A stretch of DNA of 64,000 bases from Octopus bimaculoides (lineage: Eukaryota). Under the pieces are notes generated by a model. That model saw nothing but the letters and a program-made list of their open reading frames with translations. It was not told where the DNA came from and did not search any database. Made by a program: the position numbers and the translations under genes. The stretch is from NCBI RefSeq assembly GCF_001194135.2, contig NC_068993.1:4953930-5017929 (forward strand), written 5' to 3'. Every line of letters starts with the position of its first letter. The stretch's first letter is position 1. Positions 24,466 through 37,414 of the stretch are shown piece after piece.

Positions 24466-24749
24466 ATGAAAAAACAGTAAGAAAAATATGTTGGTGTGCC
24501 ATAAATTAGTGTGGGAAATGCATTAGTAATGTTTGTTACACACAACTGGTTCTCCTTGTGTTTCCTCTCAGTAGTGTTGATGATGAGCAAGAAATAAATA
24601 TGCGGGCACAGGAAGTAATCGCTAGCGAAACATAAAATGCTATTTGCAAAATAAAAGCCAACACTGAATAATGTTGTAATTAAAACATTGATTTTTTTTT
24701 ATTCTTGTGTTTCCATACACTGAATGTTTGTAGTTAAAAACTTTAAAGC

Positions 24750-24772
24750 TACAGCAGCAGCGGCAGCAGTAG

Positions 24773-24805
<33 letters not shown>

Positions 24806-24838
24806 TAGAAGCAGCAGCAGCGGCAGTAGCAGCAGCAA

Positions 24839-24885
<47 letters not shown>

Positions 24886-24960
24886 TGATGATGATGATGA
24901 TAAAGAGGAGGAGGGTGAGAAGGAGAAGGAGGAGGAGGAGGAGGAAGGGGAGGTGGGTTA
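24750..24960. repeat. Serial trinucleotide blocks (CAG, CAT, TAG, GAT, GAG)
   Basis: Directly visible. Confidence 0.95.
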
Positions 24961-25066
24961 GAGGAACAGTACTTCTGATGGTCAGTCTGAGAACTATTTT
25001 TCTCCTCTTCATTGTCTATAAATAGGAAATCATGCAATGCTTTACATTCAATTGGTGTAAGATATA

Positions 25067-25111
<45 letters not shown>

Positions 25112-26249
25112 ATATACATATATGTATGTATGTATGTATATATGTATAAGCCATGTTTTGTGGACATGATTGCAAAGACATAGCCATAGAGAATGGCCAG
25201 TGACACTTGCTGCAGCAGCCACCTCACCTTGTGAGGTTCATTTCTCAGATTGGCTGCAGTTATCCCGATTTTATGGAGGAAATCACTGGTACTGGGTTCG
25301 TGTTTGTGTATGTGTCAATACATGCATCTTCAGGCAAATGTATTTTATGAATATCTCTCAAGATTTGAAAATGGAGAGATTAGAGATGAGAGGAACTTCT
25401 TGCTGCTCCTAGAATATAAAGCTACCTCAGTCATGCTGAAAATAAACAAAAAAGAAAACAGAAAATTATAATGGTGCCCTGTTATTTACTTTTTAACATG
25501 TTCTACATCTGTGAGAATGGTAGTGAGCCAGTAGGATGGTTAAAACTATATCTTGCTGTCTTCCAACTACCTTTTTCAGCACAGGCACTGCTTTCCCATT
25601 CCACTTGCATATTGCATGAGCGTAGGAGAGAAAACAGCAAACAAAGGGACACATGACTTGATCGTTTATAATATAGATTTTACATGCAGACTTTTTAAAT
25701 ACAGTTACATTTTTGAATCATCTTTATTCACCCGTTCTGTGTATTTTCCCGCCTTAATTGTTATATATACAATGAAATGTTTTGTTTATTTAAGAAAAGA
25801 CAAAAAAGACAGCAATTCATTAAGGTTCTTTTTTGTTTTAGTAACAAAACCATTATGTAGAATATACCAAAACCTTTTATCTTGTGCTGTAGTTAGAATG
25901 TTGGTTCCTCATTTGCCACTTTAAGACATTTTTTTCATTTATTCTCTCTACAGCAATTTCCTCAATCCTGTTTGACTTGTTTTCTAACTTATTATTCCCA
26001 TCAATATTTAGATTCTCTGCATCAAAATGTTTTCCAAATTTTAAGCTTTTGAAGATTTTGGATTAATTCTACAATGAGAAGTAGTTTCATAAGAAAAGCA
26101 AATATGCGAAAATTGATTAGTTGATCAATTATAAAGAATTTTCTAAAAAGCATTGATATTTTTAATTACTCCTTTCTACTTGATCTACATCAAATATCCA
26201 GCTAATTAAACTAATTTTGAAGATAACAGCCAAAAGACGATAGAGTTAA

Positions 26250-26520
26250 TCATCATCGTCATCATCATCATCATCATTATTTTAACATCAGCTTTTGTAA
26301 GCTTGCATCGGGTCAGACAGAATCTGTTGAAGCAGATTTTTCTTTTCATGGCTGGGTGCCCTTCCTGTTGCCAATCTTCACCTGTTTACAAACAAAGCAA
26401 TATTTGCCCTGAGTCAGACATGTTTCTCTTCGAAGATTGAAAATGAATAGCACCATTTGTATGACAGTGGAGCTGCTTGCTTACAGCTATACTGCAAAAT
26501 GCCAAGACATGGAGACATTT
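26250..26520 (-). mobile_element. Repeat family R2, copy with (ATC)n tail
   Basis: GGCTGGGTGCCCTTCCTGTTGCCAA shared with R1; the rest aligns to 22030-22225. Confidence 0.55.
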
Positions 26521-26559
26521 ACACACACACATGTGTGTGTGTTTATATATATATATACC

Positions 26560-26668
26560 GGGCCTCTTTCAGTTTCCATCTACCAAATCCACTCACAAGG
26601 CTTTGGTCAGCTGAAGGTGCCATGCAGTAGAAGTAAACTCAGAACCATTTGGTTGGGAAACAAGCTTG
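26560..26668 (-). mobile_element. SINE S1 fragment
   Basis: CTTTCAGTTTCCATCTACCAAATCCACTCACAAGGCTTTGGTC...GGTTGGGAAACAAGCTT. Confidence 0.8.
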
Positions 26669-26669
26669 T

Positions 26670-26930
26670 TTCCTTTTGTTACTCAGCTTTGCATCCTAAA
26701 CGTGGTCCTTTCAGTAAATGGTGAGTTCTAACAGAACCACCTGCTTTGATACGTCTGAGAGCAGCACCACAATGGACCTTAGTGATTTTGAAATGACAGT
26801 TTCTGAAAACTTTCGCAGCTTCCCCAGGTGGATCTTCAGCTCCCAGTTTTCCAATTTATCCCCAGGGAGGTGGACCTGATATCTTCTTTACACCAGTTCC
26901 AACAAAATTCCTTCCTGCTGAATCTTTGCA
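26670..26930 (-). pseudogene. HERO-type (R2-group) non-LTR retrotransposon, restriction-like endonuclease fragment
   Basis: NWELKIHLGKLRKFSETVISKSLRSIVVLLSDVSKQVVLLELTIY*KDHV*DA matches the pattern WxLxVDL.KQLKFP..I..TxLRPDxVL.S...KQVVLLELTVPWE. Two stops; catalytic PD altered. Confidence 0.8.
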
Positions 26931-28189
26931 ATCTTAGTTCAAATCTCACAATACCTTTCATCCTTTCCGGGTTGTTGAATTAAAGGACTTCCCAGCCCTC
27001 GAAATTCCTGGAGTTGTGCCAAAATTAGAAATGATTATTATTATTCTGCTAAATGCTACATACCTCTCCCCACCCTGGGGACTCTGAATCAATTGACTTT
27101 ACATTATTGATAATAACCATGGTAACTTGATATAGATCCTTTAATAATTGCTTACTGGATATATATATATACATATATATACATATATATATATATANNN
27201 NNNNNNNNNNNNNNNNNNNNNNNNNNNNNNNNNNNNNNNNNNNNNNNNNNNNNNNNNNNNNNNNNNNNNNNNNNNNNNNNNNNNNNNNNNNNNNNNNNNN
27301 NNNNNNNNNNNNNNNNNNNNNNNNNNNNNNNNNNNNNNNNNNNNNNNNNNNNNNNNNNNNNNNNNNNNNNNNNNNNNNNNNNNNNNNNNNNNNNNNNNNN
27401 NNNNNNNNNNNNNNNNNNNNNNNNNNNNNNNNNNNNNNNNNNNNNNNNNNNNNNNNNNNNNNNNNNNNNNNNNNNNNNNNNNNNNNNNNNNNNNNNNNNN
27501 NNNNNNNNNNNNNNNNNNNNNNNNNNNNNNNNNNNNNNNNNNNNNNNNNNNNNNNNNNNNNNNNNNNNNNNNNNNNNNNNNNNNNNNNNNNNNNNNNNNN
27601 NNNNNNNNNNNNNNNNNNNNNNNNNNNNNNNNNNNNNNNNNNNNNNNNNNNNNNNNNNNNNNNNNNNNNNNNNNNNNNNNNNNNNNNNNNNNNNNNNNNN
27701 NNNNNNNNNNNNNNNNNNNNNNNNNNNNNNNNNNNNNNNNNNNNNNNNNNNNNNNNNNNNNNNNNNNNNNNNNNNNNNNNNNNNNNNNNNNNNNNNNNNN
27801 NNNNNNNNNNNNNNNNNNNNNNNNNNNNNNNNNNNNNNNNNNNNNNNNNNNNNNNNNNNNNNNNNNNNNNNNNNNNNNNNNTCTACATTATTATTGATAA
27901 TAGTCCTTTATTTATTTCTTTTTACTTTAAAAATTGATAAATGTCAACCATGCCATGCACCAAATGAGAAAGAAGAAAGACAGAAAAGAAGAAAAAAAAT
28001 GATAGAAAATTAAGGGGAGGGGGAGGGGCAGAAAGAAAAGGAAAAAAGGAAAGAGGAAAAAGGAAAAAGGAAAATGGAAGTAAAAAACGAGTTATTTTGA
28101 ATTCAACACCCAGACTTTTGCACCAGAGTCGCTGATTTGTGATTAGAAAATTCATGACTGAAACTGTCACCGTTTCCGACACAAACGCA

Positions 28190-28473
28190 CTTACTATCAT
28201 CATCATCATCGTCATCATCATCAACATCACCACCATGATCATTATCATCATCACCACCACCATCATCCTCATCATTGTCATTATCACCGTCATCATCACC
28301 ATCATCATCATCATCGTCATTATCATCATCATCATCACTATCATTATCATCGTCGTCGTCGTCGTCGTCATCATCATCATCATCATACATATGTATACAT
28401 AGGCATATATATGTGTGTGTGTATATATATATGTATATATATATACATATATATACATATATATCTATATATA

Positions 28474-28511
<38 letters not shown>

Positions 28512-28520
28512 CTTTTATAC

Positions 28521-28565
<45 letters not shown>
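28190..28565. repeat. (ATC)n mosaic followed by (TA)n(CA)n
   Basis: Directly visible. Confidence 0.95.
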
Positions 28566-28569
<4 letters not shown>

Positions 28570-28599
28570 GTATGTGCATGGACTGCTGAAATCTACAAG

Positions 28600-28762
28600 T
28601 TTTCTTCATTCTTTCTCTGTTTATTTTCTCTTATTCCCTTCTGTCGAAGAGCTTAGGCTCGAAACGTAAAAGACGTTTTCATTTTCCTTGAGCATCAAAC
28701 TAATACACCTGTTTGCTGTTCATACACCTGTCTTCCTTTGTTTTTCTATAAATTTCAACTAT
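28600..28762 (+). mobile_element. Short repeat with hammerhead-like motif (HH-A), copy 2, ending in (TA)n
   Basis: CTT-CTGTCGA-A-GAGC-TTAG-GCTC-GAAAC-GTA-AAAG at 28638-28672; aligns to the reverse complement of 6395-6555. Confidence 0.65.
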
Positions 28763-28783
28763 ATATATATAGAGAGAGAGAGA

Positions 28784-28946
28784 GTGGCTGTGTGGTAAGT
28801 AGCTTGCTTACCAACCACATGGTTCCGGGTTCAGTTCTACTGCATGACACCTTGGGCAAGTGTCTTCTACTATAGCCTCGGGCTGACCAAAGCCTTGCCA
28901 GTGGATTTGGTACACGGAAACTGAAAGAAGCCCATCGTATATATGC

Positions 28947-28982
<36 letters not shown>

Positions 28983-29139
28983 CTGTGTTTGTCCCCATAA
29001 CTTAGCGATTCGGTAAAAGAGATGGATAGAATAAGTACTAGGCTTACAAAGTCCTGGGGTCGATTTGCTCGACCAAAGGTGATGCTCCAGCATGGCCGCA
29101 GTGAAATGACTGAAGCAAGTAAAAGAGTAAAAGAGTAAA
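28784..29139 (+). mobile_element. SINE S1, near full length, low divergence
   Basis: GTGGCTGTGTGGTAAG, GGGTTCAGTTC, CACCTTGGGCAAGTGTCTTCTACTATAGCC, internal (TA)n(TG)n, tail GCTCCAGCATGGCCGCAGTGAAATGACTGAAGC(AAGTAAAAG)n. Confidence 0.92.
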
Positions 29140-29204
29140 GTGTACATATACTTACGTATATAAATGTAGATATGTGTATATATCTATGCATATATATGAA
29201 TATA

Positions 29205-29437
29205 TCATCACCATCATCATCATCGTTTAACGACTGCTTTCCATGCTAGCATGGGTTGGACGATTTGACTGAGGACTGGTGAACCAGATGGTTACAGCAG
29301 GCTCCAATCTGATTTGGCAGAGTTTCTACAGCTGGATGCCCTTCCTAACGCCAACCACTCAGAGAGTGTAGTAGCTGCTTTTACATGGCACTGGCACGAA
29401 GGCCAGTCAGGCGGTACTGGCAACGGCCACGCTCAAA
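29205..29437 (-). mobile_element. RTE-type LINE 3' UTR (R1)
   Basis: (ATC)n CGTTTAACG...CCATGCTAGCATGGGTTGGACG...CTGGATGCCCTTCCTAACGCCAACCACTC. Inverse of 42305-42522. Confidence 0.85.
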
Positions 29438-29557
29438 TCAAAAAATATAAAAATAAACAAGCTTTTTGATGGTTTTATAGATATTTCAAAATAGGATGCT
29501 AGATGTTTCCATTACTTTGTCCAACCCCATAGATGTTGATAGATAGATCGGCATAAA

Positions 29558-29594
<37 letters not shown>

Positions 29595-30587
29595 NNNNNN
29601 NNNNNNNNNNNNNNNNNNNNNNNNNNNNNNNNNNNNNNNNNNNNNNNNNNNNNNNNNNNNNNNNNNNNNNNNNNNNNNNNNNNNNNNNNNNNNNNNNNNN
29701 NNNNNNNNNNNNNNNNNNNNNNNNNNNNNNNNNNNNNNNNNNNNNNNNNNNNNNNNNNNNNNNNNNNNNNNNNNNNNNNNNNNNNNNNNNNNNNNNNNNN
29801 NNNNNNNNNNNNNNNNNNNNNNNNNNNNNNNNNNNNNNNNNNNNNNNNNNNNNNNNNNNNNNNNNNNNNNNNNNNNNNNNNNNNNNNNNNNNNNNNNNNN
29901 NNNNNNNNNNNNNNNNNNNNNNNNNNNNNNNNNNNNNNNNNNNNNNNNNNNNNNNNNNNNNNNNNNNNNNNNNNNNNNNNNNNNNNNNNNNNNNNNNNNN
30001 NNNNNNNNNNNNNNNNNNNNNNNNNNNNNNNNNNNNNNNNNNNNNNNNNNNNNNNNNNNNNNNNNNNNNNNNNNNNNNNNNNNNNNNNNNNNNNNNNNNN
30101 NNNNNNNNNNNNNNNNNNNNNNNNNNNNNNNNNNNNNNNNNNNNNNNNNNNNNNNNNNNNNNNNNNNNNNNNNNNNNNNNNNNNNNNNNNNNNNNNNNNN
30201 NNNNNNNNNNNNNNNNNNNNNNNNNNNNNNNNNNNNNNNNNNNNNNNNNNNNNNNNNNNNNNNNNNNNNNNNNNNNNNNNNNNNNNNNNNNNNNNNNNNN
30301 NNNNNNNNNNNNNNNNNNNNNNNNNNNNNNNNNNNNNNNNNNNNNNNNNNNNNNNNNNNNNNNNNNNNNNNNNNNNNNNNNNNNNNNNNNNNNNNNNNNN
30401 NNNNNNNNNNNNNNNNNNNNNNNNNNNNNNNNNNNNNNNNNNNNNNNNNNNNNNNNNNNNNNNNNNNNNNNNNNNNNNNNNNNNNNNNNNNNNNNNNNNN
30501 NNNNNNNNNNNNNNNNNNNNNNNNNNNNNNNNNNNNNNNNNNNNNNNNNNNNNNNNNNNNNNNNNNNNNNNNNNNNNNNNNNNNNNN

Positions 30588-30660
<73 letters not shown>

Positions 30661-30769
30661 GAGGAAGTGAGTGAGTCGACAGAGTTATATACTGCTATAG
30701 GTTTACTTATTAATATTCTTTATAAACCAAAATGGTGTTATGTAGATAAAGTCTACCTTTAATTTATTT

Positions 30770-31335
30770 ATTATTTATTGAGATTGTCAACTTGTTAAAG
30801 AAATGGCATTGCAACGAACTAAAAGTTTTCCAAATGGTGTCAGGTGATATCTGGAATACAGAGAAATTTACTGAGTGTTTGCATCAGCAGGAATTAATAC
30901 ATAGAGGAGTCTGCAGACGAGTTTGGATTATTTGATTTATTGCAAAGAGGGGGGAGGGATTTACTGGTGTTTTGGCACTTAATTCTTTGTGTGAGATTCA
31001 AGAAGATGGAGATGACATTAGTACGAAGTAGAGAATAGAGGAAGCAAAAAGAGTGATAAATGTGTTGGAGAGGATGAGGATAAGAGGAAGAGAAATGAGG
31101 GGATAGTTCAGCGATAGGGGGTAGAAGTAGTGTGAGAGAGAGAAGTGTGAGGGAGGAAGAGAAGAGCAGAGGTTGAAAGTAAAGAAAAAGGGTTATAGTA
31201 AGAAAGAGGTGTAATGAAGTTGCTTCTGAGACAGGAGAGAATGCAAGACCCATGATTCTTAGCAAGGCTTCTGAGAATTATGGGAGAAGGGAGGAACAGT
31301 ACTCTTCAATCTGAGACCATACCTGAATGCATGCA
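30770..31335 (-). pseudogene. Possible highly decayed CR1/Jockey-group LINE 3' end
   Basis: Frame-shifted pieces QVWSQIEEYCSSLL, ASSILYF and HKELSAKTP resemble the CR1/Jockey RT C-terminal run (..RP.MEYC / VASL.LFY / EL...IP); AATAAATAATAAA-like end. Weak. Confidence 0.35.
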
Positions 31336-31679
31336 ACAGACTGTACTGTGCAGCAGACAAAATCCCACTAAGCATTTCACCTGGCACGTTAACAATTCTG
31401 CTAGATCACCACCTGGTTTATTTGTAATTAATAATGATGAGTGTCAAGGGATGCACTCACTCCACCATGGTGGCCTAAACACTTTATCCTTTAAAGCACC
31501 AGAAAGGTTTGAGCAGCAACTTAGATTTGCTCAGCACTGCATATTGGACCATAAAAGACAACAAAAGAGTCCTTTTTTTTATTCTTTTTTTTTTGTCATA
31601 AGCTTATTATAGACTAGCAACAAGTTCTTCAGTCTTATTCTTTCTGTGTGTTCATGTTTGCATGTGTGTGTATGTATGT

Positions 31680-31890
31680 GTCTTTATCTTTGTGTTTGTC
31701 CCATACCACCACTTGACAACTGGTGTTGGTATGTTTACATCCCTGTAACATAGTGGGTCAGCAAAAGGAACTGATATAATAAATACCAGGCTTTAAAAAT
31801 AAGTCCTGCACTTGATTCATTCAACTAAATCCTTTCAAGGCGGTGCCCCAGCATGGCTGCAGTCCAATGACTGAAGCAAGGAAAAGACAT
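31680..31890 (+). mobile_element. SINE S1 3' half
   Basis: TTGACAACTGGTGTTGGT...CAAGGCGGTGCCCCAGCATGGCTGCAGTCCAATGACTGAAGC. Confidence 0.82.
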
Positions 31891-32334
31891 ACGACAGCAA
31901 ATGTTTGTCATGTATTTTCTTTGTGTTTCTGAGTCAGGTAGAATTTCTTCATGGCCATAAATAACATCTTTAAGAAAAATCAGAAAACAAAATCTCTAAA
32001 GTTTAACTAACCAAATTATCAGTAATAAATCAGAAGATTAAGATCGTAAATTTGGAATGATATATTTATGGTAATGAGGGAGAAAATTGAATATATTTAA
32101 ATGTAAATTTAGAATTCATTAATGAGATAAATAATCTTGTAGATCTAGATAAGGCTTTAAAAAAAACCCTGATAAATAAATATTTGTATATAGAGTCTGA
32201 ATATCCTAAATGTAAAATGGACCTAAAATGTTATTTCTTTCTGGTTTTTAAAACTGATGTTTGAATAATTATATAAAAATAATTAATTGTAAGATTGACT
32301 TCTAATTAAACAGAATTAAGATTCTTTTATACTT

Positions 32335-32720
32335 TTATTCTTTTACTTGTTTCAGTCAATTAACTGCCGTCATGCTGGAGTACCACTTTAAAAGGCTTTA
32401 GTCGAACAAATTGACCCAGGACTTATTCTTTGTAAGCCCAGTACTTATTCTATTGGTCTCTTTTGCTAAAATATGGGGACATAAACACACCAACATTGGT
32501 TGTCAAGCAATGGTAGTGGAGACAAACACAGACAAATACATGTATATAAATACATGTATGTATATAAATATACAACAGGCTTCTTCCAGTTTCCATCTAC
32601 CAAATTCAGTCACAAGGCTTTGGTCAGCCCGAGGCTATAATTCCCTTGCCCAAAGTGCCACACAGTGGGACTGAACCCGGATCGTGTGGTTGAGAAGCAA
32701 GCTCCTTACCACACAGCCAA
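32335..32720 (-). mobile_element. SINE S1, full length
   Basis: Tail TTGTTTCAGTC...CATGCTGGAG; head TTGCCCAAAGTGCCACACAGTGGGACTGAACCCGG...CTTACCACACAGCC. Confidence 0.85.
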
Positions 32721-33054
32721 GCATAAATTTAATTAAATGGTTGGAAAGAAAATTATCATTATTGTTATTATTATTAATATTATTCAGGTCACTGCCTGGA
32801 ATCGAACTTGGAATGTAAATAATGTACATAATTCATCATCTCTTAAATAGAGAACTTTATTGCTCTTGTTCTTGTACAAATATATGTACATCCATATGCA
32901 TACATACAGATCCAGATACATACACATACATCTATTGATCCAAATACATATACACGCAGCCATATATCTAAATACACACGCACACACACCCACACACACA
33001 TATGCACCCACATAAACATGTACATGAATTCAGATGCCAGCATGGGAAGCAAAT

Positions 33055-33200
33055 TTTTGATGATGTTGATGATGGTGATGATGATGTTGATGATGGTGAT
33101 GATGATGATGACGACAACGACGACGATGGTTGTGTTGTTGGTGGTGGTGGTGGTGGTGATGGTGGTGGTGGTGATGATTGTGGTGGTGGTAGTGATGATG
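33055..33200. repeat. (GAT)/(GGT) trinucleotide mosaic
   Basis: Directly visible. Confidence 0.95.
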
Positions 33201-34118
33201 AAAGGAGAAAAACAATAAAAGAGTTAGAATTAAAATTGAAACGGATTTGGATTCAAACATTTGTTGATTCCCACTGAATGGTGACAAAAACTTATGAAGA
33301 ATAATCTATTGTCATTTGGTCCCGAATTAAATTCTTTGCATCAATATTTTGTAAAGAGGAAGAAGAGAAAATGGTTCTTAATTGTAGATACAAGAAGGAG
33401 GCCAGATTACCAGATCAATTTCATAAAAAAAAGGGGGATTAAAATTTTTCAATAAGTAGAAGAATGAGTTAGAAATTAGCTTGAAATAACAATTCTACAA
33501 ATAATTTATAGACCATCATCATCATCATCATCATCATCATCATTGTCATCATTATCATCACCCATCCAGGGACCTAAATACACCAGCACTGGTTCTCAAG
33601 CAGTGGTGGAGGGACAAGCACAGACTCAAAGACACACAAATACACACAAATATGTATNNNNNNNNNNTCCTCCTACATCGTTTTATCGATTTTGATGAAA
33701 CTTGACACATGAGTAGACCTCATGTCTTCAAAACTAGTGACATAGTTGATTGTTGAAAAAAAATCGATAATAGGGGCCCCTGGAAGGGATTCTTATATCT
33801 ACTACATATAACTAATATATTATTTTTAAACATTCAAGGGAAATAACCCATTCGCTCCTGAAAGGGATCCATATGTATAGCCAAAGGAAATAACCCATTC
33901 ATGTTCGCATCTTGTCCTTACCTTCGAAATGTGGAGTAGATAAAACAGGACAACTGATGAAGGGAATATTCTTTATGTTGCCTGTCTCGTTTCTCTGTTC
34001 CTTTCTTTCATTATTCGAAACAAATTCACTCTCTATGTTTTTGTTTTTATGCTCTCGTTTCTCATTTTGTTCATGTTTTTTGATGTCCTGTATGCATATA
34101 TACATATATTTATAGGTA

Positions 34119-34210
<92 letters not shown>

Positions 34211-34619
34211 TACAAAATATCTATTTTCTATATATGATTACAGATCAGATTACAACAGAAAATAGATTTGTGTCCATAAATTCAACGTATTGAAGTGCCT
34301 CCTCCTAAGCTTAGTATGTTTATATCCCTCATAGTTTCGCATATTTTATTTTTGTCCCACAGATTTCATATTCCTACAGACCTGCTGACATTCAGACTGA
34401 TGGACTAATTTAAAGGAATCTGATTTTGAATTTGACAAATGATAAGAAAATAAGAAATACAGTCTATGAAACTGGATTTGTTTAGTTTTGGGTTATTTTT
34501 GGTTATTTTTTTCATATCTTTTAGTCGTATGTTTTGGCTTTCAGATAAATTTCTCAAAATAGCTTTAGTAATTCACATTCATTCCTCCTATTTCTACAAA
34601 AAGATTATTATCAAAAATG

Positions 34620-34658
<39 letters not shown>

Positions 34659-34696
34659 GTTATTATTATTATCATTATTATTATCATTATCATTAC

Positions 34697-34915
34697 TAAG
34701 GCATCGAGCTGGCAGAATTGTTAGCACACCAGTTGAATTGCTTAGCAGTATTTTGTCCGTCGCTCCATTCTGAGTTCAAATTCCACCAAGGTCGACTTTG
34801 CTTTTCATAATTTCAGGGTCGATTAAATAAGTACCAGTTACACACTGGAGTCGATGTAATCGACTTAATCCCTTGCTCCAAATTTCAGATCTTGTGTCTA
34901 CAATAGAAAGTATTA
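34697..34915 (+). mobile_element. SINE S3, full length, between (ATT)n tracts
   Basis: AAGGCATCGAGCTGGCAGAATTGTTAGC...GAGTTCAAATTCC...GGTCGACTTTGCTTTTCAT...AAGTACCAGTT...ATAGAAAG(TAT)n. Confidence 0.85.
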
Positions 34916-34991
34916 CTATTATTATTATTATTATTAATGAGTAGTCTTATTTTTATAATGTGCTTTCACTGCTGTCATTTACTGTTATTAT

Positions 34992-35195
34992 TAAGGCAGT
35001 GAGCTGGCAGAGTCGTTAGCATGCCCGGCAGAATGCTTAGCATGTTCTGAGTTCAAACTCTGCTGAGGTCCACTTTGCCTTTGCCTTTCCAGCTTGATAA
35101 AATAAGCATCAGTTGAGCTCTGGAGTCTATGTAATCAGCTTACTAAAAACCACTCTCTCAAAATTGCTGGCCTTGTGCCAAAATTTGGAATCATT
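34992..35195 (+). mobile_element. SINE S3
   Basis: AAGGCAGTGAGCTGGCAGAGTCGTTAGC...GGCCTTGTGCCAAAATTTGGAATC. Confidence 0.8.
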
Positions 35196-35679
35196 ATTTT
35201 TTTTGTTTAACCTTTTTATGTACCTTCTTTTTTAGTGTATACCATGTATACTCACTTCTTTTGTTTTTGTTTATTTTATCATTTCATCATATGTAACTGC
35301 TTAACCTCCCAAGCTAACCTGTCATATCTATCGACTTTTCTTTCTTCCTTATTGCATACCTTGTTGTCAGCTGGGCATGCTATATCTATGACCCAGCATC
35401 GTTTGCATTCTTTCTCAATTAAGACTATGTCTGGCTTCCTATTCCCTATCTCATGGTCGCACTGAATCTATTATTATTATTGTTATTATTACTACCATTA
35501 TTATTATTATTATTATTCATTTCATGTCCATTTCCTATGCTGGCATGGGTTGGACAGTTTGACAGGACCTGGAAGAGTCAGGAGCTACTGTACCAAGCTC
35601 CATTATAGCTATTATCATTATTAAGGCAGCAAGCTGGAAGAATGCTAAGCAACTCTTCATTCCTTTTTACATTATCACA

Positions 35680-35740
35680 AAGAATTATTATTATTGTTCT
35701 TTTTATCATCATCATCATCACCACCACCACCACCACCACC

Positions 35741-35772
<32 letters not shown>

Positions 35773-35872
35773 TATCATTACTTCTCTGAGATTATTATTG
35801 TTATCAGGCTATTATTATTACTATTGTTGTTGTTATTTCTATTAATATTATTATCATTATCATCATCATCAT

Positions 35873-35904
<32 letters not shown>

Positions 35905-35930
35905 TTATCATTATTATTATTATTATCATC

Positions 35931-35971
<41 letters not shown>

Positions 35972-35973
35972 CA

Positions 35974-36017
<44 letters not shown>

Positions 36018-36050
36018 TTTATTATCATTATTATTATTATCATCATTATT

Positions 36051-36081
<31 letters not shown>

Positions 36082-36220
36082 TTATCATTATTATTATTAT
36101 TATTATCATCATCATCATNNNNNNNNNNNNNNNNNNNNNNNNNNNNNNNNNNNNNNNNNNNNNNNNNNNNNNNNNNNNNNNNNNNNNNNNNNNNNNNNNN
36201 NNNNNNNNNNNNNNNNNNNN

Positions 36221-36256
<36 letters not shown>

Positions 36257-36281
36257 TTTATTATCATTATTATTATTATCA

Positions 36282-36329
<48 letters not shown>

Positions 36330-36485
36330 TTATCATTATTATTATTATTATTATCATCATCATTATCATTATTATTATTATTTTAACTATTATTATCATT
36401 ATCATTATCATTATTATTATCATTATTATTATTAGCATTATCATTATCATCATCATCATCATCATCATCCTCATCATTGTTATTA

Positions 36486-36538
<53 letters not shown>

Positions 36539-36565
36539 ATTATTATAATTATTATTATCATCATT
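35680..36565. repeat. Long (ATT)n/(ATC)n array with higher-order structure
   Basis: Directly visible; N-gap at 36119-36220. Confidence 0.95.
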
Positions 36566-37193
36566 TAGAATCATCCAGTTCACCTCGAAGGCTATAAACC
36601 TGATAAGTGCCCGTAGGATATGTAGAATGTACGTAGTCAGTTTTATATTTATCATCCCAAGAAGATGTATATATATATATATATATATATACATACGTGA
36701 AAAACTATTATTTCAATTGCGTTACTCGAAATATAAATTCATTAACAGCGTCTTCTCATTGTTACACTTGCCCAGCATCCCACGTGATGTTCTTCACAAG
36801 GTCTTCTGTATTTTCTGAAATGGAAATTTTAGCTTCAGCCATTTTACTTCCACTCAAGCACTTTTAAAGATCACCAGAGGTGTCTCTTACAAAACCGTCA
36901 CTATATTGGGCCATTACAATGCCGGCTCTTATTCACTACGAACCAGTTTGATTTTAAATGCTAGTTTCAATCCTATCCATACCAGCTGAACAGACAATGA
37001 ATATGGTGGCTGTATCTCCCATCTTGAACCAACGGTCTTTTGTTACATTATACAAATATATATAGGGGATGTTGTAAAAGAGGTTAAAAGTTTGAGAATG
37101 GCTACAAAAGTAGATAAACTATACATATATATATATATATATACATACATATATGTATATATGCATCTATCTATCTATCCATCTATCTATCTG

Positions 37194-37228
<35 letters not shown>

Positions 37229-37375
37229 GTCTGTCTGTCTGTCTGTCTGTCAGTCTATTTGTCTATCTCTCTCTCTCTATTTATGCGTGTGTGTGTGTGT
37301 GTATGTATGTATTTATTTTTATAGATATATATTCAAACACACACATATATAATATATATATATATATATATATGC

Positions 37376-37412
<37 letters not shown>

Positions 37413-37414
<2 letters not shown>

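Noticed and set aside
33905-34125. (TA)n-terminated repeat containing CTGATGAAGGG and a distant TTCGAAAC
   Set aside because: Stem II and stem III cannot be formed in hammerhead geometry. Likely a repeat family, but not supportable as a ribozyme.
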